Source: Selaginella moellendorffii (Eukaryota > Plantae > Lycopodiophyta). From it: a stretch of DNA of 64,000 nt. Both the position numbers and the translations under genes were made by a program. Location of the stretch: the NCBI RefSeq assembly GCF_000143415.4, contig NW_003314276.1:1075434-1139433 (forward strand), in the 5' to 3' direction. Under the pieces are notes generated by a model. That model did no database searches. It was not told where the DNA came from and saw nothing but the letters and a program-made list of their open reading frames with translations. Shown piece after piece: positions 1 through 12,430 of this stretch (the stretch's first letter is position 1; each line of letters begins with the position of its first letter).

Positions 1-1
1 C

Positions 2-514
2 TTGCTGGGGTCCCCTATAAGCAGCAAGTGGGTTGGTGTCCATGGAGCAAGAGGTGCTGGAAAAATACTCCTGGCCAAACGAGTATGTGACAACGATCAA
101 GTCAAGGGGTGTTTCGATCCAGTTTTGTGGCTACATTCGGTCACTCGTTTCAGGTACATTCCTTATGCTTATAATGCAATATATTGAGTAGCGATGGTTG
201 TATCTCCTCAGGTGGAAGCAAAGCAACACGAACTTGCCAAAAGAATCCGACTAGAAGGAAATCAGATCAGCATTGAAACACTGAGGAGGGGGCTTGATGG
301 GAAGAGATGCTTGCTGGTGTTGGATGATGTCTGGAAATTCATCCATTTGGATTTCTTTGATGTGGTGCAAGAGAATGGAAGCAAGATCTTCATTACCACT
401 CGAAAACGTGATGTGCTTGACAGTAAAGGTGCAATCAAAACCGAAATGGCTCTTGGAAAAGGAGGAAAGCACTTACGGACATTGAGGATCACAATTATAT
501 GTCTCTACTGGTAG
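2..514 (+). pseudogene. NB-ARC (NLR-type ATPase) fragment
   Basis: P-loop-like GVHGARGAGKILLAK, kinase-2 CLLVLDDVW and RNBS-B GSKIFITTR are split over two frames. The candidate intron 154-211 does not restore the frame, and the ORF ends before GLPL/MHD. Confidence 0.7.
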
Positions 515-757
515 CTAAAAATGGGTGTTTTACATGTTGCTTCAAGTATGTGTCTTTTATATGACGCTAATAGCAACACATCCTGAGCATGGTGAAGTGC
601 TAGAAATTTAGATGCTAGATGGCGTTTTTTGAATTTTTTTCCTTATAAAACTCTTAGCCAATGTATTTGTCTTTTGGCTCAGATTTAAAGTTTTTTGAGA
701 ACTTTACCTTGCCAACCCAATTTCTAGTTCATATTATAAAAAGAAACACAATACAAG

Positions 758-1802
758 TTATGGTAATAAAAGTGAAGGTGTAAATTCTACGAAATTTGCT
801 AGATTGGAATTTTCCTGAAATGGGAAAGCAACTGCATCTGTAGTAGATAAATTCAAAATGGTTGTAGATAAAGACTTCTCCTCCACAAATAAAACAGCTC
901 CATTCAAACATATAGCATTGGATTCTTTACCAACACCTTTAGCCAGATTTTCACCTCCAACATCACCACCTGTATCTCCTTGCATATACCATAGCTGCAT
1001 GCTGTTTTTGAATTGAGTGCAGCACAACACACCTGTCCGACCATGGCAGGAAACAAATAAACCATGATTCCTGTGTAGCCGCTCATCCCATGGCCAAGTC
1101 TGCTTTAATTCAAACCTCAACCCTTCCAAATCCAAAGTGAACAGACCGACATACTCTGGATCATTCAAATTCTTGTAGTGACCACAAAGCAGATACAAAG
1201 TAGCGTTGCCCACCATTTCCCCCATATTCTCCAACTGACACCATCCCAATGGTGTGCTAGCAGCCCTCCAGCATCCCAGTCTCGAGTTGTATACATGAGC
1301 TGTTGTAAACATTGTGTAGACACTTCTCACCTTACCTCTGATCTCAACTTTTTTTTCTTCACAAGAACGACTTTTTACAAAGCAGACTGTGTATTCCTTG
1401 AAGTCTTGACTGATGCCCATGTAAGAGGATGAAATCAGCCCTTTAGCCCTGAGATCTGGCAACGCTCTAAAGCATCCAGTGACTGGATTGCCTACTATTC
1501 AAAAAGCAGAGCAATCCACCAGCACTTCCTATAAGAAACCCCCCCTGTGGGCACGCTTCCATCTCTATCCAGTTGAAGGCGTTGCTGTTGTTAAATGGGT
1601 TGCCCCTGAACATCCTTCCGCGCAACGTGCCTGCAAGAACATAAGGAACAGCTGCTGGAATGCTTGCCTGTGCGTGCCGCACGCCAAACCCTGGGGAGTC
1701 GATCAATTCCCGCCACCGTTTGCACACTGCTCTCATCCGCCAGACATCGCGCAGCGGCAGCTGCTGCAACACCTCCTCCTCAATCACTTGATTCATTTGC
1801 AA
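758..1802 (-). pseudogene. F-box protein with propeller-type C-terminus, one frameshift
   Basis: F-box motif EEEVLQQLPLRDVWRMRAVCKRWRELIDSPGF. The conserved IVGNPVTGCFRALP motif appears only after a frame change near the A6 run at 1501-1506, then continues as ORF 758-1462. Confidence 0.75.
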
Positions 1803-3072
1803 CCCCAGCGATCGTTCTACAAATTTCTAGAAATTTAATGTCTGACGTGGACTTTATGAGAAGTTTCGAGAAGCACATTTCGAGAAGTTCTTCTAGCTAT
1901 TTCCACTGGTTGAGAGTCTCCATGACAACGTCCCTTGATGTTCGGCAGTAGAGGCTAGCTGCTGTCGGGCTTCTCCAAGCGCACACCACCAAGCCTTGAG
2001 CCGGGCGAAACCATTGGTCTCAGAACTCAAGCGATCCAGGACAAGGAGGGCCACGATGATCTGGAATGCCAGCGTCACGAGAAGGCCAGGTGCAGCGATG
2101 ACGGAGAGCAAAGCCAAGTTGGGAAACTCAAACCAAGAAACACAAAATCAATAAGTGGAAGAAGGGAAGAAAAGAATTTGTATTGCTCGATCGAGCGATC
2201 TGAAGAGAGCTACGTTGACAATCTGGAGTTGGGGGATTATTTTTTGGAGTGTGTTGGAGGGAGGTTGTTCCTGGATTCGAAAGTCCGGCTCTACACGTTT
2301 CAAACCTCGCACTGCCACTCCGATTGAGCATCTGGAGTCAGAGACGTGGAACCGTGCAGAGTCCATAGTATTTTGGAGGCAAAGACCGGGAGGAGAAGGC
2401 AAAAGAATCACATCGTGTGATGCTTGAGTCAGCTGGAGAGGGCAGTGGAGGAATGCAAGGAGCAGAGCAGGGAGCTTGAGTTGACGAAAGCAACCTATAA
2501 TCGCACAAATTATTGATCTTTTCAAGGTACGCAACCTTTTCTAGTGGTGGAAGTTGTCTTTGTTTTGGCAAGAACTTATGTCCCGTTTGCTAAGAAAGGA
2601 AAATTAAAGAATGGAAAGAGCCACCAAAGACATTAAGTACTTGTAAGAACTCTTCTTGCTGGTTTTGGAGATGTTCTACTAGTGAGTAGGAATATTCTCT
2701 GGATGCTCCGGTCCTTTCTTTAAGGCATCTTGATAAGCTTGAAACCTTGCCATCCCACTCTTGAAGCCGTAAGCGTATTCTGGAGAAGTTTCGCTCGTCT
2801 TTGGAGCATACTCCTTTCTAGAATGAACAGGTGGCATGACGAAAAATGTGTCGACCATTTACAACACTGAATTTAGAGAAAACATAAACTTAAAACAGAA
2901 TGGAAGAAAAGAAAGTTGCACTCACCCCAAGTGTCAAACCACAGACCATCTTTGTCGCCAGGTAACAGCTTTAAACAGGTGGTGTGCGGTGGCTACGTCA
3001 GCAGCTCCAGGTATAGATGTTGTGATGTGAAAAGGGGTGGACACAACACTCATGAGCTCGTTCCACTCTTTT

Positions 3073-3353
3073 TACTCGAGGAACTGGGAAACCATCCCAA
3101 CAGCATAGGCGAGATCTGGCCGTGTTCCCAACATCAGATACACTAAGCTCCCAACAGCTTGATGATATGGCACCGTGGCCATGTACTCTCTGTGACAAGG
3201 GCCATGTCACGGCTGAGTCTGTGATTTACCTCAAGAGGTGTGGCCACGGGAGAGCAGTCCAGCGTTCCAAGATCTCCCTTGCATAGTGAGCTTGTGTCAA
3301 GCTCAAGGTGCATGCTCCTCGATTGCAAATAATTTTGATGCCGAGGAAATGGC
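3073..3353 (-). mobile_element. Ty1/copia RT remnant (element C, host of element A)
   Basis: Minus strand reads HFLGIKII...LTQAHYAREILER, SPVATPLE and VPYHQAVGSLVYLMLGTRPDLAYAVGMVSQFLE. Confidence 0.75.
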
Positions 3354-3486
3354 TGATAAGGATGAACAGGGTCTCGTTCATCACAAGAGGCTACAAAGGA
3401 AAACACACCCCCTTCTCTGGTATCCCCTAACTGCCCGCGCCTCTAGAGAGCTCTGGAGAATATGCTATATCAGCATATTCGTATCA
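3354..3486 (-). repeat. 3' LTR of copia element A (133 bp)
   Basis: Bounded by TGATA...TATCA inverted termini. On the minus strand it is preceded by a purine tract (GAGTGGGAG, 3487-3495) just after the RNase H stop. Confidence 0.7.
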
Positions 3487-6485
3487 CTCCCACTCGAGCA
3501 CTAAGGTGCTCGCTCAAGGAGCTCTCTCACCCCAAGTGCTTATACGTGTCGCTGGAACAAAGCTGGAGGTAACGCCTTGGTAAAAATATCTGCAACCTGC
3601 TCTGTTGTTCCACAATGGATGAGCTCCAAAACACGCTGGTTCACTTGATCTCGAATATAATGGAACTGCACCTGGATATGTTTGGTACGCCCATGGTACC
3701 TGGGATTCTTGGTGAGTGCGATAGCAGCTAAGGAATGTTGCTGGCTACGACAGCTTTTGGACGGCATCGGCTATTCTCAGCTAGCGCCAACAGTTATCTT
3801 TTGCGATAACCACATACTCTGCTTCGGTCGACGATAACGCTATAATTGACTGCCGCTTACTGCACCATGTGAGAGCGCCGCTGCCGAGACTAAAAATATA
3901 ACCTGAGGCGACTTTGGAGTACGTCAGTCGAAAGATACGTTTGACTGCTAACCAATGAGGAAATCCTGGAGTCTCGAGAAACTGGGACACTGCTCCCACT
4001 GAAAAAGCCAAATCTGGCCATGTACAGACCATTAGGTAGACTAAGCTGCTAACCATTCTCGCATTCCTCGACTGTTTGTGGGACTTGATCTTTGCTGAGA
4101 TGGAGGCCGGCTTCCATAGGAGTTGACGCTTCATTCAGCTCAGCAAGATGAAACCTCTCCAAAATATCGTCAACATACTTCTGCTGAGATAATTGTATGA
4201 TGCCAGCCTGCCTGTCGCGTATAATCTCGATCCCCAAACAATATTTCACTGGTCCAAGATCCACCATCTTAAATCGTGCCTGCAGCTCACGCTTGAGCTG
4301 CTGCAAAGCTATGCGAGATGTACCGACTGACTTGCGAAGATAAACGTTAGAATCTGCTGAAATACTCACAAAACCGATGGAGAGTAGATAGCTGTTCATC
4401 TTCGCATACCACTGCGCTTTAATCCATATAAACCTTGGCCTTTGATGACGTATCCTTCTGGCTGAGGACGTAAACCTCCTCGTCAAGATCGCCATAGAGA
4501 AACGCTGTGGTGATGTCGAGCTGCTCCACTTCTAAATTCTGCTGGGCTGCAAGATTGAGTAACAAGCGGATAGAGGCCATTTTCACGACTTGTAGTCCAC
4601 GCCCTCAACCTGTGAGTATCCCTTTGCTACAGGTCTTGCCTTGTACTTGAGAAGTTTCTTATCAGCTCCAGTCTTGATTCGAAAAAGCCACATAGTCTTG
4701 ATTGGTTTCCTTCCAGGAGGTAGATCGACCAGGTCCCATGTCTCATTCTCCATGAGAGACGAATACTCAGAATTTGCTGCTGCTTGCCACTGCTCACGCT
4801 CAGGACTGGAGAGTGCCTCATGCGAATTCTTGGGAACCAAGATATCTCAGCCTTGACAAAATAGGAAAACTGGAGAAGGTAATTCCAGAAACGCCTGTTG
4901 CACTTCTGGAGAGTAGAACGTGTTGGAACCACTTAGAGCTGTCTGGGCACGCTCCCTAGCTTGAGCTTGCTGCCGAGAAGCTCGGCGGGCAGCCTGAAAG
5001 TCAAGCCGTTCTTGAAATTCTGTGAGTGTGCGGATCCGAGTAGATCGTCTAAGCACTGGCTGTGGTGAAGGCTGAGTACTCCCACTTAAGCCGATCTCTC
5101 CGCCGACTGGAGGCGACGTCCCGTTGTGTCGCTCCCACCCGTGCCAAAAATACCGCCTGCTGGTGGGTTGAGAGAATTTACCGGAGTGCTCCCACTCGCT
5201 TCAGCATCACCTACCGCTGCGTCTATAGAGGCGAGCTGAATGGATCCTGCTGCTGGAGCTGCACTTGCGCTAGGGTCTGCTTCCTCGTCACTGTCAAGAA
5301 CCATAAACCGTTGACGGTTGACTGGAGGATCAAGAGCCAGGACAAACTGAAGAGCTTGTAGGCCTTCATATGATCACTGTAGCCGACTAGCCTTCACGCT
5401 ACAATCTTCAAGCTTGGTGCGATGCTTCCTTGGCATAAATGCATATGCTATGCATCCAAAAATTCGAAGATGACTGAGATCCGGTTTTCTGCCATACCAA
5501 CGCTCAAATGGTGTTCTTTTGGTGTGAAGCCGTTGCTGTTGCAGCTTATCTGCGAAACCGTCAGATCACATCAGCAGTGAGCGACGGGACTTGGGCAAAC
5601 CAGCACCTCGTAATAAGGAGCGAGGTGCTTCCTGGAGCGTTCGGTTGGCTCGCTCAGCTGTGCCATTTTGTTGCTGTGTATCTGGAACTGAATACTGCCT
5701 CTCAATCCCAGCTTCGTCACAATATTTGATAAAATCTTTGGAGACGTATTCTCCACCACCATCACTTCGAAATTTCCTGAGTTTCTTGCCAGTCTGCAAC
5801 TCTGCTCGAGTTCTAAAAAGCTCAGATTTGCGAGCTAGAAACTTCACTGCGATCATCCTGGAATAATCGTCTACAAAGGTCACAAAATAGATCTTCTTCT
5901 CTCGAGAAAGTACTGGCATCGTACACACGTCAGAGTGGACTAGCTCTAAAATCTCGGTAGCTCTTGTAGCAGCACCAGCCTTGAAAGGAAATCTGTGCTG
6001 CTTCGCGAGAATGCACGGCTCACAAAACGTCAGCTTCTGAGAAGTGATGTGAAGACCGTCAACCATGCCTGAACTCGCGAGTTGTTAAATATCTTGGCAT
6101 CGCCGGCTTGGTCACACGAATTACCAAACCGCATGCTGAGGACCTGCAAAAAGAAGCTGCTCGCTAGGCTTGACTGGATACTCCACCTCTGCATTCAGCC
6201 GGTTAAGGCCAGCGTAACGCCTCCCACTGGCTATAACTGACTCGCCTCACATTATAGCGCACTGTGTCTTGGAAAAGAGAAGTTCGCAATCACGATCTGT
6301 GATTTTTCCAATGGAGAAAAGTGTCTTCTTGACACCAGGAACGTAGTAGACTGCTACAACCTATCCTGTGGCAAGTCGAACCTTGATCATGCCCACTCCA
6401 CACACACTGTGTGAGTAGTCATCGCCGAGGTAAATTCGCTTCCCATCTGGAACGTCTTCTAAATGCGAGAAAAGGCTTGTGGGAG
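3354..6485 (-). mobile_element. Degenerate Ty1/copia retrotransposon A (protease-INT-RT-RNase H), 5'-truncated
   Basis: INT motifs HSDVC, FVDDYSR, RSDGGGEY and QQNGTAERANRTL. RT motifs ENETWDLVDLP and KYKAR.VAKGYSQ. RNase H motifs ALSSTEAEY, HGRTKHI and ADIFTKAL. Many frameshifts and stops. Confidence 0.92.
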
Positions 6486-6499
6486 TGACAAGACCACGT

Positions 6500-6595
6500 C
6501 AGCACACAGCCACGTGAGCGATCCAGACGCCGCCACGGATCGTCACGATAAACCCATACATTTAACCATGTATCAACCGTCATAATAACAACACA
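6500..6595 (+). repeat. 5' LTR core of element B
   Basis: Identical to 10276-10371. It runs directly into mid-gag, so the PBS and gag start are deleted. Confidence 0.85.
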
Positions 6596-9500
6596 GCCAC
6601 TTACATTGGAAAGTTTAAAGCGATGATCACCGAGCTGAAGGAGGCGGAAGCGGCAATCACCATTGATCAAGCTAAGGCATTCCTTCTGAGCTCTGTCTCC
6701 CCTGATCTCCAACCTTTCGCATCGATGCTCTCGGCTGTGCCTGGAAAGGACTTGGACTCGCTCTACTCGGACCTGATCGAGGAAGAACGCAAGCAGAACG
6801 AGGGGAGACAAAAGGCGCCCTCTCAGGCTGCTCGGGTGGAGCAGGCCTTGATCATGGGAAAGCAATCGGGTGGGAAGAAACGAGATGGCCCTGTTCGAGG
6901 CCCTTCTCCCAGCCCTGGATTTGCAACCAATAAAAAACGCAAGGGCACATGTAACTACTGCGGCAAAGCTGGCCACGTGGAGCGTGAATGCCGGATCAAG
7001 AAAGCCGCAGAGAAAGCTCGCGCTGAAAGAAGCTCTTCTTCACGCCAACCTGACACGATGTTGATGATGACGCTCGCTGCATCTTCATCCACTGTGTCCG
7101 AAGCCGAAGTGCTCTGGATGGATTCTGGAGCCTCGATGCACCTCACACCATTGAAGAGAGCTTTTCACAAGTACAGGCCACTGGAGCAGGAGAAGCAAGT
7201 CTTTGTAGGAGACAAATGCCCCTTAACAGTGGAAGGACAAGGAACGGTCATCATAAAGTTGGAGAGTGGAGCTGAGAAGCTCATGAACCATGTCTACTAC
7301 GTACCAGAAGCAGGACAGACAGTGTTCTCAGTTGGTGTAGCAGCAGATCAAGGCTTCTCAACACTCTTCAACGCAGACGGATGCACCATCTTTGACGAGA
7401 CTGGCCATCCAGTAGCTTTTGGTAGACGAGCTGAGACTCTTTACAAGCTCAATGCTCAGTTGATCCTCTCAACTCACGAGCAGGGGCATTTGCTTGTAAT
7501 TCACCTCAACTCCTAGGCTGCCAACTCTCTCCAGCTCTGGCACGTTCGGCTAGGGCATGTTAATTCTTACGACATCTAACTACTTGTTAACCACAAACTT
7601 GCTGATGATTTTACCCTCATCAGTGCCGGCCAACTGGGAGTATGTGAGACGTGCCAACTGGGTAAGCAGCCACGGCTACCCTTTCCTCGCAGAAGTCCAA
7701 AAGATGGCACCTCAGGATTTCTTCAGCTAGTACACACGGATGTGTGCCATGTGCCAGCAGCAACTCTCAGTCACAAGCGGTACTTCGTTTCGTTCATTGA
7801 CGACTACTCACGCTATGCGGTGGCTGTTCTCATGGCACACAAGGGAGAGGTCTACCATCACTTCCAGGTCTATAAAAGCTGGGCAGAAAATGCCATTGGC
7901 TGTACCATCCAGACACTACGTTCAGATGGCGGCGGTGAGTATATGAGCAATGAGTTTCTGGCATTTCTTGCTCAGGCTGGCCAAGGTGTTTTGGGGAGAG
8001 GCACTCAACACAGCAGTGTACCTCCGGAACCGGCTGCCAACGCGTTCCACAGGACAGGTGCCGTTTCAAGTATGGACTGGGAAGCGCGCGCCCCAAATTA
8101 GGGCACTTGAGGGTGTTTGGTTGCATAGCCTACGCCCACATCCCCGATGTTCAGCGGCGGAAGCTGGATCCCAAGAGCGAGAAATGCATCTTCATGGGCT
8201 ATCACACCCAGGTAAAAGCCTATCGACTCTTTAACTGCCAGCGCAGGAAACTGGTGGTGAGCCGAGATGTGGTGTTTGATGAAGCTCATCTTTATCGAGA
8301 TACCCTGAGACTCCCTCCTGTTTCTCCACAATCTCTGGTGGATCTTTCTGAGATTTTGGACGACGTTCCACATCTCCACCCAGCGCCAGACAATCCAGCC
8401 GCTGCAGAGCCAGGAGGAGTTGCTGAAGGAGCGCCCGAAGGAGGAGCTGATCACGGTACTTCTCACCTCCTCTGACGACTCCACAGGCATGAACAGCCAG
8501 ATCTTTCCACGCTTGTGGCTGACCTGTTCGTTGGCGACGAGTTATATCAAGATGCCACCACTCCTCCCAGCATTCCCAAGCTACCACCTCCTCCAGCCGG
8601 CACAGCAGTGGTGCCACGCTCGGGTCGTGTCGTGAAACCATCTCTTAAAGCCAAGGAGGCGATGCCTATAGGAAAGCGTGCCTACTTCTGGGCTCTGTCG
8701 GCTCCACCTGCCTCTCTCAGTCCCCAAGCGGCTCTACATGGACCAGAAGCTGAACACTGGCAGGCAGCTATGCAGGAGGAGTATGATTCTCTCCAGAAAA
8801 ACAACACTTGGTCGCTGGTTGAACTTCCAGCTCGCAGAAAGCTCGTCTCATCCAAGTGGTTGTTTAAGAAAAAGTACAACGCTGATGGAAGCATTGAGCG
8901 CTACAAGGCGAGATTTGTGGCACGCGGATTTTCTCAAGTTCATGGGCTGGACTACTCGGAGACTTACAGCCCGGTGGTGAAACTCACAACCATTCGTATG
9001 CTACTAATCTTAGCTGCAGAATTGGATCTCGAGCTCCATCAACTTGACGTTTGTACTGCGTTCCTTAACGGCGACATCGATGAAGAGGTGTATGTGGCTC
9101 AGCCTCCTGGTTTTATCCAGCCTGGAGAAGAACACCTCGTTTGCAAGCTTAACAAAGCTCTCTACGGACTCAAGCAGTCGCCACGCCAATGGTACACGAA
9201 AATAGATTCTTTTCTAATTTCCCTTGGTTTCGTGCGCGGTGCTGCTGATTGTAACCTCTACATATATTTTGACGCTGAGGGCTATTTGTTCCTTGCGCTA
9301 TATGTGGACGATGCTATTCTCGTGGCAAATCAGCTACGTTTGATCCACAAATTTAAAACGTACCTTGGCCATGAAAGACCTCGGTGAGTTGCATTTCTGC
9401 CTTGGTATCCAGGTGACGCGCAACAGGGAACGAGGCACTCTGGAGCTAAGCCAGGCAAAATATGTTTCCGACGTGCTCCAGAGGTATGGCCTTGCTCATG

Positions 9501-10266
9501 TTAATCCGGTTGCTACTCCCACGAAATTATCTGCTGAGAGTGGAGAGTACCTTGATCAATCTCCCGAGGAGGAGACAGCATCTAGAGCAGTCTATCGCTC
9601 TATGGTCGGCAGCCTGATCTACCTGGTAATCTCCACTCGGCCTGACCTTGCGTATGCTGTGGGAACAGTGGCGAAGTACCTGGACCGTCCCTCCACAGCA
9701 CACTGGCAGGCTTTGAAACGTATTATGAGGTACGTGGCAGGGACTAACCAGCTAACTTTAAAGTACTCCAGAGGCGAGAGCGGCAACAAGCTGGCTGGTT
9801 ACTCTGATGCTGATTGGGCCGGGGATCCAGACAACAGGAAGTCAACCACAGGCTACGTTTTCCTGCTAAATGGAAATGTCGCAAGCTGGTGCAGCAAACG
9901 ACAGGCTATTACAGCGATGTCGAGTACCGAGGCTGAGTACATAGCTGCAGCAGCTGCAACCAAGGAAGCAGCGTGGCTGAAGGGACTTCTACAGGATCTA
10001 CAAATCAACACGGGCGTGGTCAAGCTATTGTGTGACAACCAGTCTGCAATAGCTTTGACCAAGAACTCCAGGTTCCACTCTCGTACTAAACACATTGAGC
10101 TGCGCTTCCATTTTATACGAGAGCAGATCCAGAGAGGAATGATCGAGCTGGAGTTCTGCCCGACAAACTCCATGCTAGCGGACGTGCTGACAAAACCACT
10201 TCCTCGTGTTAAACATGAAGTCTTCACGAAGGCTCTTGGGCTGACTTTAGACGTTGGCCTTGAGGG

Positions 10267-10394
10267 TGAACAAGACAGCACACAGCCACGTGAGCGATCC
10301 AGACGCCGCCACGGATCGTCACGATAAACCCATACATTTAACCATGTATCAACCGTCATAATAACAACACAACACCGTTTCATAATACCACACA
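10267..10394 (+). repeat. 3' LTR of element B
   Basis: Contains the 96-bp repeat, begins TG after GAGGG and ends CA where SDR-copy sequence starts. Outer bounds are approximate. Confidence 0.75.
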
Positions 10395-10982
10395 AGTAGA
10401 TCAGATACAAAGGGACAAGAAAGAGTCTGCCAGCCAAAGCGAGATTCAGAATGGCTCCTCCAGGACTGTCTTGGGACCTCATAGCTTGGATCTGTTCAAA
10501 TGATCATCCAGATATGTTTTAAGGGTATCAGTGGAAATCTCTTCCAGAATCAAGAGTTACTGCTTGGCTTGTGACGTTTCCTTGTGCTCCTTGAACGCCT
10601 TTGCGACTTGCTCTACAGGAGGAAATTATTTAGCAAACCGGGAAAAGGAATGCTGAAATTTCTCTCTCACCTCTGGATCGCAGACATCAACACTCAACGA
10701 AGATGGCAAAGGGAGGATTACGATTCGTCAGTTAATGGTGCTCCTCTTTTACCAAGCTCAGTGTTCACAGCCCATTCTCACATGGCAATTCCACAATCGT
10801 GATGGTTCCACTGCGCATCGCAAGTGCCAGCACCCTCCCTGGAAAAGACAATTCGTTCGAGTGAAAGTGAGCCAATGATGAGAACTTATTCTCTCGGCTT
10901 TTTTTCTCTTTGCTGTGTGTGCCAAAAGAGGAGACATACCAATGCCAGTGATGAGGACGCAAGAGCCACCTCCAACCTTCAT
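10395..10982 (-). pseudogene. SDR (NQR N-terminal/HPGD-like) copy 1, deleted and truncated
   Basis: Starts MKVGGGSCVLITGIG (GAGS lost). Exon 3 is internally deleted and the 3' end is cut by copia B. Confidence 0.8.
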
Positions 10983-11610
10983 CTGCTCGTTCAAGAACGC
11001 ATTATAGACGTTTTCAAAAGAAAGGTATAAGCTACCTGGGTTTGAGGATTTCAATTTTTGCCAGCCAACTTTCTCGATAATGACATGCTCTCAGGAAAAT
11101 TGGTGTTTAAAGGGAAGGATGATGTGATGTAGAACACTAGCCCAGCCTCCACATTTTCTGGTTTCAGTTGTTTGTCGTTCCATCTCCTTTGAAATTGTGC
11201 CAAGACATCCCAATGTATCGTTGTCCAAGTTTTTATAAATGTTTTCACATAAGCAAGCCTGATGTTTGGATCGCCTCAATGATGGCAGCCCAAGGGACAC
11301 CAACAAAGGAAGGAGATTGAGGTGTTCAGGGAGACATGCACGCAAAGGGAGGCTTAGGAGGCTTGTGTTCCTTAGCTAAGATTGCTCCTTAGTGCGTGTT
11401 GCGGCTTCCATCCATTTGCAACTTCCACAGGTGAGGCATTGGGCCCTAGAGTGGACATTCCATGGCTGCTGACTTCACAAATTGAGGGAAGCGATCGTCG
11501 GTGAGGAAGGGACCATCATGTCTAAACACACCAATATCACCTTTGCTTCCATGCTGTTCACAAGGTTCCCCCTTAGTGGGAGGCAATAAGTCATCCGTCC
11601 TCGTCCTCGT

Positions 11611-11931
11611 GGACAGTCCTGGAGGAGCCATCATGAATCTTGCTTCGCGTGTGCATTCGATGGCTGCCATGATGTTCAAGCTCAAGACCTTACGCCATTT
11701 GCTCACGAAGTCCCCCTGCTCGACATGACGCACGCATCCAGTCTCAAGAATGTTTTGTGACTTGCTCTACAGGATATAAATATTTTTAAAAACAGGAAAA
11801 GGTGTCTCTTTCCAGACGAGAAATTCTTATTCTCTCTTCTTTCTCTTTTTCTGTGTGTGCCGAAAAAGAGACATACCAATGCCATATCCAGAGCCAGTGA
11901 TGAGGACGCAAGAGCCCCCTCAGACATTCAT
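11611..11931 (-). pseudogene. SDR copy 2, with deletions and an inverted exon-4 fragment
   Basis: Contains EQGDFVSKWRKVLSLNIMAAIECT. The exon-4 piece GACAGTCCTGGAGGAGCCATC lies on the opposite strand. Confidence 0.75.
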
Positions 11932-12430
11932 CTTCACCTCATCTTGTAATTCAAGAACACATTATAGACATTTTTAAAAGAAAGCTATAAGCTGCCTGGG
12001 ATCACAAGTTTTGCTAGCCACTTACTCAATATAGTAATTGGTGATTAGGCTGTGCCCTGATAATTATTTTAATAAGATAGAGCTAATTTAAATCTGTTGC
12101 GAGGTCCAAATGTACAGTTATAATTCTGTATAAATATTAGCATAGTAGAATTTTGGTAGCCGTTGGATTAGTTTCAATTGCTCCGATATATAAACTAGGG
12201 TTTTTGGGTTAATTGATATGCACATTTTTTATATTCCCTTTCCATATTCTATATACTCACACATTCTTTAATTTATAAATATTCTTTAAATTATTAATAT
12301 TTATAAATAAAATCTTGTCTAGAAGTCTTAGATTGCATGTTATTGGCTTCTCTTATGCATTATTATAGTAATTAGTGCTCAGAGAAGGATGATGATTTGG
12401 AACACTATGATCACCATGAGAGAAGTATGT

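Larger units (their letters stand above)
6486..10394 (+). mobile_element. Ty1/copia retrotransposon B with short LTRs, internal deletions and frameshifts
   Basis: Gag zinc knuckle CNYCGKAGHVEREC, protease WMDSGASMH, INT (HTDVC, RSDGGGEY), RT (YKARFVARGF, LYVDDA) and RNase H (YSDADWAG, SSTEAEY, ADVLTKPL). Flanked by a 96-bp identical direct repeat. Confidence 0.93.
10394..12050. repeat. Segmental duplication, copy of about 22651-24510
   Basis: Near-identical sequence. ORFs 11051-11248 and 11091-11345 are identical to 23293-23490 and 23333-23587. Confidence 0.92.
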
